DNA of 64,000 nt from Candidatus Poribacteria bacterium (GCA_965205015.1 OZ242029.1:5344001-5408000); one strand, 5' to 3'; shown: positions 9,436 through 19,508, numbered from the stretch's first letter. Program-made: numbers and translations. The notes: generated by a model not told the origin, from the letters alone.

Positions 9436-10509
9436 ATGACAGAGAGTCCCAGAATCAAACTCGATTTTCGCAAACGCCTCGGTCGTTTCATCTTGGAGGT
9501 CAATTGCACGCTGGAGGCAAAGGTTTCGGCATTTTTAGGCGTGTCTGGAAGCGGTAAAAGCACGCTCCTCAATTGCGTTAGCGGCACGCTGACCCCAGAT
9601 GAAGGCGAAATCGTTTTTGGCGAAGAAGTCCTTTACGCATCCGCCTCAAAAATTAATCTACCGCCTGAAAAACGACGCTTCGGCTATGTTTTTCAAGAGG
9701 GCTATCTATTTCCGCATCTCACCGTTGCCCAGAACATCCGATATGGACAACCGAATTCACGAAAATCCTCAGCCGCGATAGATGTTCTCGAAATCACCGA
9801 ACTGCTTCAGCGGTATCCCAAGGAACTCTCTGGCGGCGAACGTCAACGGGTTGCTGTCGCACGCGCACTCGCCATGGAACCTCGGATGCTGCTGATGGAT
9901 GAGCCACTCGCTGCGCTTGATGACGCCCTAAAAGATCGAATTATACCCTATCTGCGCCACATTAAAGACGCCTTTGAGATACCGATCCTGTATGTTACCC
10001 ACGCCTTTTCCGAGGCGATGGCACTTGCTGACGAAGCCTTCCTGCTCGCCGATGGCGTCATCGTGGCGAGTGGTGAACCCCACCGATTGCTAACTGCCCC
10101 TTCCGCCATGCCCATCGCACAATTGACGGGGGTCGAAAACATTCTATTCCTTTCTGTAACGGCTACGGACAAGGCACGCGGTTTGACTGCATTGGACATC
10201 GGAAGTCAATCTCTTATGATACCTTATGTCGATGTTGAAGTGGGGGAGGTTGTTCCGGTCGCCATCCGTGCTGAGGATATTATTATCTCGCTTGAACCCA
10301 ATATCTCCGTGAGTGCGCGCAACATATTACCCGGAAAAATCCAGGATCTCGATGTCAAAAGCGAACGCACATGGGTATCCATCCTCGTTGAACGGCATCA
10401 CCTCGCCGTGAAAATCACACACGAAGCGCGAGATCAGCTGCAATTGAGAGAAGGCTCAGAGGTCTACTGTGTGATTAAGGCAAGTGCCATCAATCTCCTC
10501 TGGGATTAA
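9436..10509 (+). CDS. modC: Molybdate ABC transporter ATP-binding protein with TOBE domains
   Basis: GVSGSGKS, LSGGERQR, MDEP and the SARN TOBE motif. Confidence 0.93.
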   Translation: MTESPRIKLDFRKRLGRFILEVNCTLEAKVSAFLGVSGSGKSTLLNCVSGTLTPDEGEIVFGEEVLYASASKINLPPEKRRFGYVFQEGYLFPHLTVAQNIRYGQPNSRKSSAAIDVLEITELLQRYPKELSGGERQRVAVARALAMEPRMLLMDEPLAALDDALKDRIIPYLRHIKDAFEIPILYVTHAFSEAMALADEAFLLADGVIVASGEPHRLLTAPSAMPIAQLTGVENILFLSVTATDKARGLTALDIGSQSLMIPYVDVEVGEVVPVAIRAEDIIISLEPNISVSARNILPGKIQDLDVKSERTWVSILVERHHLAVKITHEARDQLQLREGSEVYCVIKASAINLLWD

Positions 10510-10514
10510 TTTCT

Positions 10515-10626
10515 GTAGGAGCGAGTTGTGTGCGCGATGCTGTAGCGTAGGAGACCGTTAGCCTGTGCCTATCGGTGGTTTCTGTAAGAGCGAGTGTTTT
10601 TGACAGGGGTTTCCCGTGCTCGCGAT
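10515..10626 (+). repeat. Cluster of three GTAG/GTAA REP-like elements
   Basis: 10542-10567 matches 40073-40098, and 10584-10625 matches 16841-16884. Confidence 0.75.
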
Positions 10627-10629
10627 TCT

Positions 10630-11271
10630 TTACTTCTGAAGCTGCTCCCAAAGTGCATCCACCTGCCTGTGAAGTGCTTCAAGCGTCCCTTCGTTCTCTA
10701 TAACAACATCCGCATACTTAACTTTCTCCGTGACCGGCATCTGCGAATCAATCCGCGCTTGAACTTCGGATTCCGTAAGCGGTCTTCCCTGCGCAACACT
10801 ACGTTCTAACGTGCGTCTCAGCTGCGTTTCCGCTGATGCCGTCACAACAACAATCAGATCGACGGTATCATAAGCCCCCGCTTCAATGAGGAGCGGGGCA
10901 TCCAGTAGCACGACGCACGTCGGGTCTTCCCTGACGAGGTGGCGTGCCTGTCCCCGTGAGCGTTCAATAATCAACGGATGCAAGATACTGTTCAAACGTT
11001 CCCGGGCGGCTTTATTCTTAAAAACGATGGCTCCCAGTTTCTTCCGACTCACATCCCCGGATGCTTCGAGAATATCCTGCCCAAACGCCTCCGTCAGTTT
11101 ACCAATAACAGGACTATCCGCCTTGAGGAGTTGATGTCCGATTTCATCCGCATTGATCGGGATCGCACCCTTCTCCGCAAGAAGGTCCGAGACGGTCGTT
11201 TTTCCGCAAGCAATCCCGCCTGTAATCCCAACGATGATGCCGCGTGCGCGGTGTGTTGTTGCTGTTTCCAT
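10630..11271 (-). CDS. coaE: Dephospho-CoA kinase
   Basis: GITGGIACGKTTV, LNSILHP, DAPLLIE and RIDSQM motifs. Start at ATG 11271. Confidence 0.95.
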   Translation of the reverse strand: METATTHRARGIIVGITGGIACGKTTVSDLLAEKGAIPINADEIGHQLLKADSPVIGKLTEAFGQDILEASGDVSRKKLGAIVFKNKAARERLNSILHPLIIERSRGQARHLVREDPTCVVLLDAPLLIEAGAYDTVDLIVVVTASAETQLRRTLERSVAQGRPLTESEVQARIDSQMPVTEKVKYADVVIENEGTLEALHRQVDALWEQLQK

Positions 11272-11278
11272 AATCTTG

Positions 11279-11307
11279 AGTCTATACCACGCGGTAAAAT
11301 TTGTCAA
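11279..11307 (-). promoter_or_regulatory. sigma70-type promoter for coaE
   Basis: Minus strand TTGACA-17 bp-TAGACT. Confidence 0.6.
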
Positions 11308-11356
11308 TGCCTCCCCTGTAGGCGGGATCTCCGAATCCCGACGCCTCCAATTTCAA

Positions 11357-11385
11357 TTGACACCCATAACCTTTCCTGCTACGAT
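11357..11385 (+). promoter_or_regulatory. sigma70-type promoter for the SDR gene
   Basis: TTGACA-17 bp-TACGAT. Confidence 0.6.
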
Positions 11386-11426
11386 GTTAACCACTACATC
11401 TATTTCATTCGGAGAGGGAAGATTTC

Positions 11427-12257
11427 ATGGGAAGATTAGAGGGTAAAGTCGCAATCGTAACGGGTGCCGGTAGAGGGCATGCCGAGGCAGTCGCAAGACG
11501 CTTCGCCGAAGAAGGAGCCGCGGTCTCTATCTGTGATGTGATGCCAGTCCAAGAATTAGAAGCAAAAGTCGGTTCAGAAATTAGAGCCGCCGGTGCGGAC
11601 GTCATCTGTTTTGAGACCGATGTTTCAAAAGAGGAGCCCGTCAATGAGATGGTCGCCGCAACCATCGAAAAATTCGGCACCGTCGATATACTCGCCAACG
11701 TCGTCGGCATTGCGGGACCCACGAAGGATGTCTGGGACATGACTTTAAAAGAATGGAGACACACGCTTGAGGTCAACCTCGACTCGCTGTTTATCTGTTC
11801 CAAAGCCGTCCTACCGGAGATGATCCGCAAGGAATACGGGAAAATCATAAACTTCAGTTCTGGAACCGGCAAACAGCCACTTTCGCACAGAGCACCGTAT
11901 GCGACCTCGAAGATGGGAGTCATCGGTTTCACGCGCACACTCGCTGCCGATGTCGGGCGTTACAATATCACCGTCAACGCCATCTGCCCGGGCTGGCATG
12001 TGGAGCGAAGCCTTGAACTTGCAAGGGGCAGGGCTGAATACATGGACAGACCCTTTGATGAAGACGCATTACGGGAGCGTTACCAACAGACAAACCCCAA
12101 AAGCGTTATCGCCGGGAGATGGTGTTCGGATGAAGGCTACAGCGATAAAGGCTCAGGGTCTGAGGATGCTGCGGCATTAGCAGTCTTCCTCGCGTCGGAG
12201 GATTCGGCGAACATGACAGGTCAAGACATCAACACCGGTGGCACGGTGATGTGGTAG
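11427..12257 (+). CDS. SDR family oxidoreductase
   Basis: TGAGRG, the YATSK catalytic motif and NAICPG. Confidence 0.9.
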   Translation: MGRLEGKVAIVTGAGRGHAEAVARRFAEEGAAVSICDVMPVQELEAKVGSEIRAAGADVICFETDVSKEEPVNEMVAATIEKFGTVDILANVVGIAGPTKDVWDMTLKEWRHTLEVNLDSLFICSKAVLPEMIRKEYGKIINFSSGTGKQPLSHRAPYATSKMGVIGFTRTLAADVGRYNITVNAICPGWHVERSLELARGRAEYMDRPFDEDALRERYQQTNPKSVIAGRWCSDEGYSDKGSGSEDAAALAVFLASEDSANMTGQDINTGGTVMW

Positions 12258-12279
12258 TTGTCAGGAGGTAAATTACATT

Positions 12280-12678
12280 ATGAAAATTAGAGTAACCGCC
12301 ATTTTTGTTCAAAATCAGGAAAGTGCGTTAAAATTTTATACTGAAAAATTGGGATTCGTTAAGAAGCGGGACATTCCCTTAGAAAATGGTGACAGATGGC
12401 TTACGGTAGTCGCAAAAGAAGAACAAGACGGGCCTGAACTTTTGTTAGAACCATTATCTGATAACCATGTTGGACCCGCCAAAACGTATCAAAAAGCTGT
12501 ATTTGATGCAGGGCTTCCATATACCCAATTCAGTGTGGAAAACGTTCAGGCAGAATATGAGCGATTAATCAACCTTGGCGTCGAATTCAGTGTAGAGCCT
12601 ACTAAGATAGAAACAACAATTTTTGCTATTTTCAATGATACTTGCGGAAACAATATTCAGATCGTAGAAATTGAGTGA
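12280..12678 (+). CDS. VOC/glyoxalase family protein
   Basis: ALKFYTEKLGF, RWLTV and FNDTCGNNIQI. Confidence 0.9.
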   Translation: MKIRVTAIFVQNQESALKFYTEKLGFVKKRDIPLENGDRWLTVVAKEEQDGPELLLEPLSDNHVGPAKTYQKAVFDAGLPYTQFSVENVQAEYERLINLGVEFSVEPTKIETTIFAIFNDTCGNNIQIVEIE

Positions 12679-12692
12679 GGAAGGTTTAATAA

Positions 12693-13658
12693 ATGAAACA
12701 ACTCACGCAAGCTGCATTTCAGAGAGCAAAGAACTTTATAATGGATCAGGGGAGAGCGTTGGACCAAAGGCGTTTTGAATTCCATTTTGAAAATGAATCC
12801 GCTGATGCCGTCCTTGCCGCGCTATCACCCTATCAAAACGACGACGGTGGCTTTGGGCACAGTCTGGAGCCTGACATCAGAACACCTGCTTCGTCTGCGA
12901 TTGTGACCACGATAGGTTTCCAGATTCTCAGGGAAATTCAGGCACCTGCAAGTCACATAGTGGTACGGAAGGGAATCCAATATCTTATCGACACCTATGA
13001 CGAATTCCAGCAGGTATGGCACATCGTTCCACCTGAAGTGGACGAGGCACCGCACGCCCCTTGGTGGAATTACGAGAGTACTACCGAATCTTTCGGTCAG
13101 TTTCTGGTCAACCCCCGCGCTGAGATTGTCGGATATTTGCACGAATTTAGCGATGGCGTGCCGACGAAATTGTTGAACACATTAACCGCCTCCGTCCTGG
13201 AGCATCTGGAGTCCCTACCCGATGAAATGGAGATGCACGATGTCCTCTGTTGCGTCCGGCTTGCGGAGACAGAGGCGCTGCCGAATACGGACAAGGTCTG
13301 GACGAAACTCGCCCGAGCGGCGACGCAGGGTGTTGCCCGGAATGTGGAGCAGTTGACCGGCTATGTTCTCAAACCGCTGTGGTTAGTACCCTCTCCAGAA
13401 TCACCGTTAGCTCTTGGTCTTAAGGAGGAAGTAGAGATGAACTTGGACTTTGAGATCGAACAGCAGGGTGAGGATGGTTCTTGGTCCCCAAATTTCTCTT
13501 GGGACGATCAATATCCAGAGGCGTGGCAAACAGCGAAAAAAGAGTGGCAATCCAGGATCACGGTCGAGACCCTGAAAACGTTGAAGGATTTCGGTCGCAT
13601 TGCGCAAGAAGTTGAGACAAACGCAGCGAAATCCAATGAAACACGCGATCTATCCTGA
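12693..13658 (+). CDS. Prenyltransferase/squalene-oxidase-repeat (alpha/alpha barrel) protein
   Basis: QNDDGGFGHSLEPD, HAPWW and the QW-like QQGEDGSW motif. Confidence 0.7.
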   Translation: MKQLTQAAFQRAKNFIMDQGRALDQRRFEFHFENESADAVLAALSPYQNDDGGFGHSLEPDIRTPASSAIVTTIGFQILREIQAPASHIVVRKGIQYLIDTYDEFQQVWHIVPPEVDEAPHAPWWNYESTTESFGQFLVNPRAEIVGYLHEFSDGVPTKLLNTLTASVLEHLESLPDEMEMHDVLCCVRLAETEALPNTDKVWTKLARAATQGVARNVEQLTGYVLKPLWLVPSPESPLALGLKEEVEMNLDFEIEQQGEDGSWSPNFSWDDQYPEAWQTAKKEWQSRITVETLKTLKDFGRIAQEVETNAAKSNETRDLS

Positions 13659-13692
13659 GAATCCTTGAATCCTGAAAATCCCGATTCAGACA
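13652..13692 (-). repeat. TGTCTGAATC-led repeat with about 9-bp GGATT periodicity
   Basis: Reverse complement TGTCTGAATCGGGATTTTCAGGATTCAAGGATTCTCAGGAT. Related to 63775 and 63855. Confidence 0.7.
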
Positions 13693-13711
13693 ATTAACCG
13701 AAAATTACCGC

Positions 13712-13740
13712 TTGACATCCTTCCCAATTTCTGATAGAGT
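13712..13740 (+). promoter_or_regulatory. sigma70-type promoter
   Basis: TTGACA-17 bp-TAGAGT, with a TG extension. Confidence 0.55.
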
Positions 13741-13779
13741 AGAGAGTGTGATTTAAAAAATGGAAGGAGCAAAAAATAA

Positions 13780-14817
13780 ATGGCACAAGACACAATTCGA
13801 GTCGGTGTTATCGGTGCGGGTGGCAACACAACCTCACGGCATATTCCCGGACTCCAAGCCATTGATGGCGTTGAGATCGTCGGCGTCTGCAATCGGAGTC
13901 AGGAATCCTCACAACGGGTGGCAGACCAGTTCGGTATCCCGAAGACCTACGGCAATTGGCAGGACGCGATCGCCGATGCGGATACCACTGCGATTGTTAT
14001 TGGAACATGGCCCTATATGCACTGCCGTGCGACAATCGCGGCACTTGAAGCGGATAAGCACGTGATGTGTGAGGCGCGAATGGCGATGAACGCCAGAGAA
14101 GCGCATAAGATGCGAGAGGTATCACGTCAGAAAACACATCTCATCGCGCAGATCGTCCCGTCGCCGATGACGCTGCGAGTCGATAAAACGATAAAGCGCC
14201 TTATCGCCGAAGGGTATATCGGGGATGTGCTGGCTATAGAAGCACGCGCAGGCGGCGCGTTTCTCGACAGCGAGGCACCGCTCCAGTGGCGACAGGATTT
14301 TGACCTCAGCGGGCTTAACATCATGAGCATGGGAATCTGGTATGAGGCGTTGATACGGTGGGTCGGAGAAGCGACGCGGATCATGGCGATGGGCAAAACC
14401 TTTGTCAAGATGCGTCCGGATGCCGACGGCGTGATGCGCGCTGTGCGGATTCCTGAACATATCGATGTCGTTGGGGATCTTGAATGTGGCGCGCAACTTC
14501 ACATACAGGTTTCTAATGTCGCGGGGTTAGCAGGCGCACCGGAGGTTTATGTCTTCGGCAGCAATGGAACTTTTCGTTTTTCTGGGAACCGACTTTACGG
14601 TGGACAGAAAGGCGATACTGAACTCACCGAGATCGATATTCCTGATTCAGAGGCTGGTGGGTGGCGAGTCGAGGAAGAATTTGTCAATGCGATTCGCGGC
14701 GGGGAGATCATCACGCACACCGATTTTGAGACGGGTGTGAAATATATGGAGTTTACGGAGGCAGTCACGCTAAGTATGCAATCGGGGAAAGCAATTACTT
14801 TACCGCTACATATTTAA
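13780..14817 (+). CDS. Gfo/Idh/MocA family oxidoreductase
   Basis: VGVIGAGG, GTWPYMH and KHVMCEARM. Confidence 0.88.
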   Translation: MAQDTIRVGVIGAGGNTTSRHIPGLQAIDGVEIVGVCNRSQESSQRVADQFGIPKTYGNWQDAIADADTTAIVIGTWPYMHCRATIAALEADKHVMCEARMAMNAREAHKMREVSRQKTHLIAQIVPSPMTLRVDKTIKRLIAEGYIGDVLAIEARAGGAFLDSEAPLQWRQDFDLSGLNIMSMGIWYEALIRWVGEATRIMAMGKTFVKMRPDADGVMRAVRIPEHIDVVGDLECGAQLHIQVSNVAGLAGAPEVYVFGSNGTFRFSGNRLYGGQKGDTELTEIDIPDSEAGGWRVEEEFVNAIRGGEIITHTDFETGVKYMEFTEAVTLSMQSGKAITLPLHI

Positions 14818-14868
14818 AAAAGATTGCGGCACAGCGGAGTATACCTACTACCTTGGAAGGAGCGACGT

Positions 14869-15411
14869 TTGACACTCGGAGAGCTTTTTAATCTTTGTCA
14901 GGATATTGAACTGCGGCAAGCGAAACTCTATGCTTCTCTCTCATTACATTTGGGAAGTGTTGACGAACGGATCGCACGATTTTGGGAACAGATGAGCACG
15001 GAAGAGTGGCAGCACTACATTCTCGTGGATTTCGGACGTTCTTTGTGCATTGATACATTTGGAATTGATTCGCCTGTGACGGAGGTATCCGATGTCCCGG
15101 TTCATCAAATTACGGACGCCCTGGATGCACACGAACAGAAGATCGGTAGTGGGGAGATTTCGCTCGATGAAGCCTTTGAGATTGCGATCGCAATTGAGGG
15201 AAGTGAGGCGGATACTATCTATATGTATCTCCTCTCTATCATGAGAAAGGCAATCGAGCAGAGCGATCAACCCTATCTGATCGACCGGATTGTGCAGGTG
15301 GAGAAGGACATGGTGTCACACGTAGATGGGTTGGTCAAGGCGACACAGAGATTTGCGAAGGATAACGACCTGATTCGGAAGGCACATCGTCTAAAAGCAG
15401 AACACGGTTAA
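14869..15411 (+). CDS. Ferritin-like (rubrerythrin-like) protein
   Basis: IE...Y...EEWQH and a second IE...EKDMVSH diiron-type pattern. TTG start after a GAAGGAG RBS. Confidence 0.65.
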   Translation: MTLGELFNLCQDIELRQAKLYASLSLHLGSVDERIARFWEQMSTEEWQHYILVDFGRSLCIDTFGIDSPVTEVSDVPVHQITDALDAHEQKIGSGEISLDEAFEIAIAIEGSEADTIYMYLLSIMRKAIEQSDQPYLIDRIVQVEKDMVSHVDGLVKATQRFAKDNDLIRKAHRLKAEHG

Positions 15412-15451
15412 ACTCTGGGAAAGGTTGTAACCTCGGTGCAATGGATAGGCA

Positions 15452-16408
15452 CTACGAGTGCTGCGCGTTGCACAAGAGGTTCCCTGCTTGCGCACACGCG
15501 ACCTGTTCTAACTGTAAAGTGGTGTGGTTGATACCAAAGTGGGTCTTCAGTTCCGCGTTAATCTGTTCGATGATCTGGTCAGGGGCTAAGGTTGTATTTT
15601 CGTCGACCACAACGTGTGCGCTCAGTGCTGAATAGTTAGAACAGAGCGACCAGGTGTGCATATCGTGGACCTCTTTGACGGGTTCTAAATTGCGGAGATG
15701 TGTCGCAACGGTGTGCGCGTCTGCATTCCGCGGCGAGTTTTCAAGCAAGATATGCACGGCTTCTCTTGTCACGTTCACCGCGCCGAAAAGAATAATCCCA
15801 CCGATAAGGAAACTCAGCAGCGCGTCAATCGGGTGCCATCCTGTCCAGAAGATAATCGCGCCTCCGACAACGACCGCGACTGAGGAGAGGGTATCCCCTA
15901 TCACATGGAGCATCGCACTCCGCACGTTGAGATTGCCGTGCCACTCCTTGTTACTACCACCGTGCAGCTGCCATAAGATGATAAGGTTGCCTACGCATCC
16001 GAGACACGCCACAATAAACATCCCTGTCACTTTTATCTCTGTCGGCGACAGGTACCGTTGGTAGGCTTCGTAGAAAATCCAGCCGGAGATCCCGATAAGC
16101 GACACGCCATTGACAAAAGCCGCAAAGACTTCTGCGCGATGATACCCGTAAGTTCGAGAGGGGGTCGCCGGACGTGTCGAGAGATAAATCGCCAGCCAAC
16201 TAATCAGTAGCGAGAAGACATCCGACATGACATGCACCGCATCGCTTAACAGTGCCAGACTCCCCGACCAGATGCCGCCGATGAGTTCGCCGAGGAAGAC
16301 GCAAAACGTGATAAGCACAGCGAACTTGAATTTCTTCTGGAGATGTGTTTGATGGCTATGTGTATGTCCATCGCCAGGGTCGTGATGGGCGTGACTGTGA
16401 TTGTGCAC
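15452..16408 (-). CDS. Cation diffusion facilitator (CzcD/ZitB-like Zn/Co/Cd exporter)
   Basis: His-rich N-terminus, SLALLSDAVHVMSD, TYGYHRAE, HVIGD and VHDMHTW. GTG start after GGGAG. Confidence 0.92.
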   Translation of the reverse strand: MHNHSHAHHDPGDGHTHSHQTHLQKKFKFAVLITFCVFLGELIGGIWSGSLALLSDAVHVMSDVFSLLISWLAIYLSTRPATPSRTYGYHRAEVFAAFVNGVSLIGISGWIFYEAYQRYLSPTEIKVTGMFIVACLGCVGNLIILWQLHGGSNKEWHGNLNVRSAMLHVIGDTLSSVAVVVGGAIIFWTGWHPIDALLSFLIGGIILFGAVNVTREAVHILLENSPRNADAHTVATHLRNLEPVKEVHDMHTWSLCSNYSALSAHVVVDENTTLAPDQIIEQINAELKTHFGINHTTLQLEQVACAQAGNLLCNAQHS

Positions 16409-16425
16409 AGCGTCTCCCTTTAAAA

Positions 16426-16450
16426 GTAGTAGGCACACGCCGTTGTGCCG
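16426..16450 (+). repeat. REP-like palindrome GGCACA-CGCCGT-TGTGCC (family A)
   Basis: The same core occurs twice at 19427-19490 and once at 62303-62328. Confidence 0.85.
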
Positions 16451-16475
16451 AAACGCTACTATGGTTCGTTTGCTT

Positions 16476-16787
16476 CTAATCGGTGGACGTGCTCTTGGAT
16501 TCGCTACTTGTATCGGTTTTCGTTTCTTTTTTCTCGCCTTTATCCGATGACGTGCTTTTGCCTGATGACTCGCTTTTATCCTTCTTCGCTGATTCTTTAT
16601 AGCCGTCACTTCGGTAGTCTGTAATATAGAATCCGGAGCCTTTGAAAATCAATCCTGCACCTGCTCCGATGAGCCGCTTCACCTGACCACTGCACTCTGG
16701 ACATTCCTCGATTGCGGGAGCGGTAATGCCCTGAAACCGCTCGAATCGGTTGTCGCATGCGAGACACTTATACTCGTATGTGGGCAT
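16476..16787 (-). CDS. FmdB family zinc-ribbon protein
   Basis: MPTYEYKC..C...CPEC...FKGSGFYITDY followed by an S/K-rich tail. Confidence 0.92.
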   Translation of the reverse strand: MPTYEYKCLACDNRFERFQGITAPAIEECPECSGQVKRLIGAGAGLIFKGSGFYITDYRSDGYKESAKKDKSESSGKSTSSDKGEKKETKTDTSSESKSTSTD

Positions 16788-16993
16788 ATAGAGTTATCCC
16801 CCTTTTGGATGTATTTTGCGGACAAAACTTCTTTTTCCATGTAGGAGCGAGTGTTTTTGCTTGGGTATTTCCCCACGCTCGCGACCTCTGACTGTCGGAA
16901 TAAAAAGGTTGTTGATAAAAAGATCGTATTCTGATAAATTTTAATCGTTCCACGTACGAAAGTCAAGCAAATTTTTTCGCATTGGAGTTTTTT

Positions 16994-18352
16994 ATGTTTC
17001 GCCTTCCTATTGATTCTGAGAGTTTCCCGCTCGGCAAGGGACCGATGGTCATGCTCATTCTGTTTCTTGTCTCTACGCTTTTCATCTTCGGGCGTTCCGA
17101 GGAGGCGGGTGAGAAGCTCGAATTCTGGATTTTCGCCAACACGCACTACGAGGAATACCAAGCACGCGTGCCTATCTTTGAGGCGCAGAATCCAGGGGTT
17201 AACGTCCAACTCATCAATTTCGGCGGCACGATGCATGATAAACTCCTCGCTGCAATGTTGTCCAACTTCGGTGCCCCCGATCTCGTTGAGGTTGAGATTA
17301 CATCCATCGGTCGGTTTCTCAAAGGGGCAATTGACGAAGTCGGCTTTGTTGATCTCCGTCCACGTTTGGAGCGTGAAGGGTGGATGGAGAAGTTGGTTGT
17401 GAGTCGGTTCACCCCCTGGTCCTACCGGGGTCGGATTTACGGCATTCCACACGATTTACATCCCGTCGTACTCCTCTACCGAGATGACCTCTTTAAAGCC
17501 GCTGGTGTTGAGATGACAGAGGTTGAGACATGGGATGACTTCATCGCTGCCGGAAAGAAAGCGACACGCGATCTCGATGGTGATGGTAGAATTGACCAGT
17601 ACGCAATCGTGTTAGACCGACGCACGGAGAGCGACTATTTCAGTCTACTCCTCCAACAGGGCGGGGGATTTTTCGACGAAGCGGGCAACGTCATTATCGA
17701 CAGTGAACTTGCGATTGAGACGTTGGAATTTTTCACGGCGTTGTTCAATGAACATAAAATTGCGACCCCGGTGTACGGCACATGGCACGGCGATCCGAGT
17801 AATTTTGCCGCGATGCAGGATGGCAAGATTCTCTCTATTCTCTCACCCGATTGGTACGTCGGTATTCTCAAAAGCCAGGTGCCGCAGATGTCTGGTAAAT
17901 GGAAGGCGATCAGCATGCCGGCGTGGTATCCCGGTGGTAGGCGGACCACGACGCGCGGTGGCACGATGATTGGGATTACGAAGCAGTCCAAAAACCCAGA
18001 TCTCGCATGGGAAGTCCTCAAGTTTACCTATTTTGACAGACCCGGTCTTGTCAACCGATACGAGACGACCCGAATTATTCCGCCGCTTAAATCGGCATGG
18101 GATGCACCTATCTTTAAGGAGCCTGATGTCTACTTGGGGGGACAACCGCTTGGCGAGCTGCTTATCGAACTGGCACCTGATATGCCGCCGCGTTATCAGA
18201 ATCCGTACTGGTCAGAGGGGGCGGATCTGCTCAACGATGCAATTTTCGCGGCTGTCACCGAGAAACAGACACCCAGAGAGGCATTAACCGATTTGGCAGA
18301 GAAGGTCCGAGCACTGATTGCCAAAGACAGGGGTAGATGGGGAGACATGTAG
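16994..18352 (+). CDS. Carbohydrate ABC transporter substrate-binding protein
   Basis: APDL, YGIP, LLYRDDLFKAAG and TWDDF (SBP family 1). N-terminal hydrophobic anchor. Confidence 0.88.
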   Translation: MFRLPIDSESFPLGKGPMVMLILFLVSTLFIFGRSEEAGEKLEFWIFANTHYEEYQARVPIFEAQNPGVNVQLINFGGTMHDKLLAAMLSNFGAPDLVEVEITSIGRFLKGAIDEVGFVDLRPRLEREGWMEKLVVSRFTPWSYRGRIYGIPHDLHPVVLLYRDDLFKAAGVEMTEVETWDDFIAAGKKATRDLDGDGRIDQYAIVLDRRTESDYFSLLLQQGGGFFDEAGNVIIDSELAIETLEFFTALFNEHKIATPVYGTWHGDPSNFAAMQDGKILSILSPDWYVGILKSQVPQMSGKWKAISMPAWYPGGRRTTTRGGTMIGITKQSKNPDLAWEVLKFTYFDRPGLVNRYETTRIIPPLKSAWDAPIFKEPDVYLGGQPLGELLIELAPDMPPRYQNPYWSEGADLLNDAIFAAVTEKQTPREALTDLAEKVRALIAKDRGRWGDM

Positions 18353-18530
18353 TTTCTCAAGCGGCATTTCTTGATAGAACTTTAACCTAAAGTCCTTAGC
18401 ATTGAGACGGCGAAGTATTTAAAAGGTCGTCCAGAGAAGGGAGTTTGAAACGAAGTGGAAAGCGGTTCTCCGGAGAGGAACCTGAAAACCCTAACCTACC
18501 TGACCGAACCGCAAGGTAAAATTAAAAATT

Positions 18531-19430
18531 ATGAGAAGAAAACGCACAACGAACCTGTTTTGGAACCAACAACAGAAAATCGCTCCCTATCTTTTTATCG
18601 CTCCATTTTACCTGCTGTTCGTCATTTTTATGGGCTATCCGCTCATTTCGTCGCTCGTGATGAGCCTTTATGAAATGCGTGGGTTCCAAAGTCGGATATT
18701 TGTTGGCATCGGTAACTTCACGGATCTGTTCCGAGACCCAATCTTCTGGAAATCGCTAAAGAACACTGCCTATTTCGCCGCAGGCACCCTCACCCTCCAA
18801 TTGCCGATTGCCTTATTGTTAGCGATTCTGCTTAACTCCAAGTTTGTCAAGGGGAAGAATGTCCTGCGTCTCGCCTTTTTCGCACCCGTCCTCGTCGCCG
18901 GTGTCTTCGTTGCGATTATTTTCAACCTCGTCTATGATCAACGGGCGGGCTTAGTTAACCAGGAATTCGTTCTCTTTGGCAAAGAGATCGGTTGGCTGAA
19001 TGAGGAGAAGTATGTGATGCCAGCAGTTATCCTCACCGGCGTTTGGCAATGGGCGGGGTTCAATATGATCTATTTTTTGGCGGGGTTACAAGGTATCCGA
19101 CAGGAGTTATATGAAGCGGCAGCGGTCGACGGTGCGAACTGGTGGCAGGCGTTCCTCCATGTCACACTCCCATCTTTGCGACCCGTGATAGCCTTCGTTT
19201 TCGTCGTTTCCATGATAGGCTCGCTCCAACTCTTCGACCTTCCGTTCATTTTAACGAACGGCGGTGAACCCGCGGATGCCGGCTCGACGATCGTCATGTA
19301 TCTCTACAAAAACGGGTTTCAGTTCATGCGTCTCGGCTATGCGGCGACAATCGGATGGGTGCTGTTTTTCATTATTGCGGTTATCTCAATTGTCCAACTG
19401 AAATTGCTCGGTATTTTCCGAGATGAATAG
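18531..19430 (+). CDS. Carbohydrate ABC transporter permease (MalF-like)
   Basis: FVGIGNF and LAGLQGI..ELYEAAAVDGA EAA loop. Confidence 0.92.
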   Translation: MRRKRTTNLFWNQQQKIAPYLFIAPFYLLFVIFMGYPLISSLVMSLYEMRGFQSRIFVGIGNFTDLFRDPIFWKSLKNTAYFAAGTLTLQLPIALLLAILLNSKFVKGKNVLRLAFFAPVLVAGVFVAIIFNLVYDQRAGLVNQEFVLFGKEIGWLNEEKYVMPAVILTGVWQWAGFNMIYFLAGLQGIRQELYEAAAVDGANWWQAFLHVTLPSLRPVIAFVFVVSMIGSLQLFDLPFILTNGGEPADAGSTIVMYLYKNGFQFMRLGYAATIGWVLFFIIAVISIVQLKLLGIFRDE

Positions 19431-19490
19431 GAGTAAGCACACGCCGTTGTGCCGTCAGGATAGGAGTAGGCACACGCCGTTGTGCCGTCA
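19427..19490 (+). repeat. 33-bp tandem direct repeat of REP family A
   Basis: ATAGGAGTARGCACACGCCGTTGTGCCGTCA occurs twice. Confidence 0.88.
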
Positions 19491-19508
19491 ACTCTGGAAG
19501 GAAAAACT

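Noticed and set aside
16409-16609. Long basic N-terminal extension of the CDF transporter in the ORF track
   Set aside because: It overlaps the FmdB gene and a REP. The RBS supports GTG 16408.
18440-18520. Hammerhead ribozyme (CTGA/GAAA words)
   Set aside because: There is no CUGANGA core with three compatible stems.
19427-19490. Possible mini-CRISPR
   Set aside because: Two adjacent 33-bp copies with no spacer, and the same core is dispersed elsewhere.
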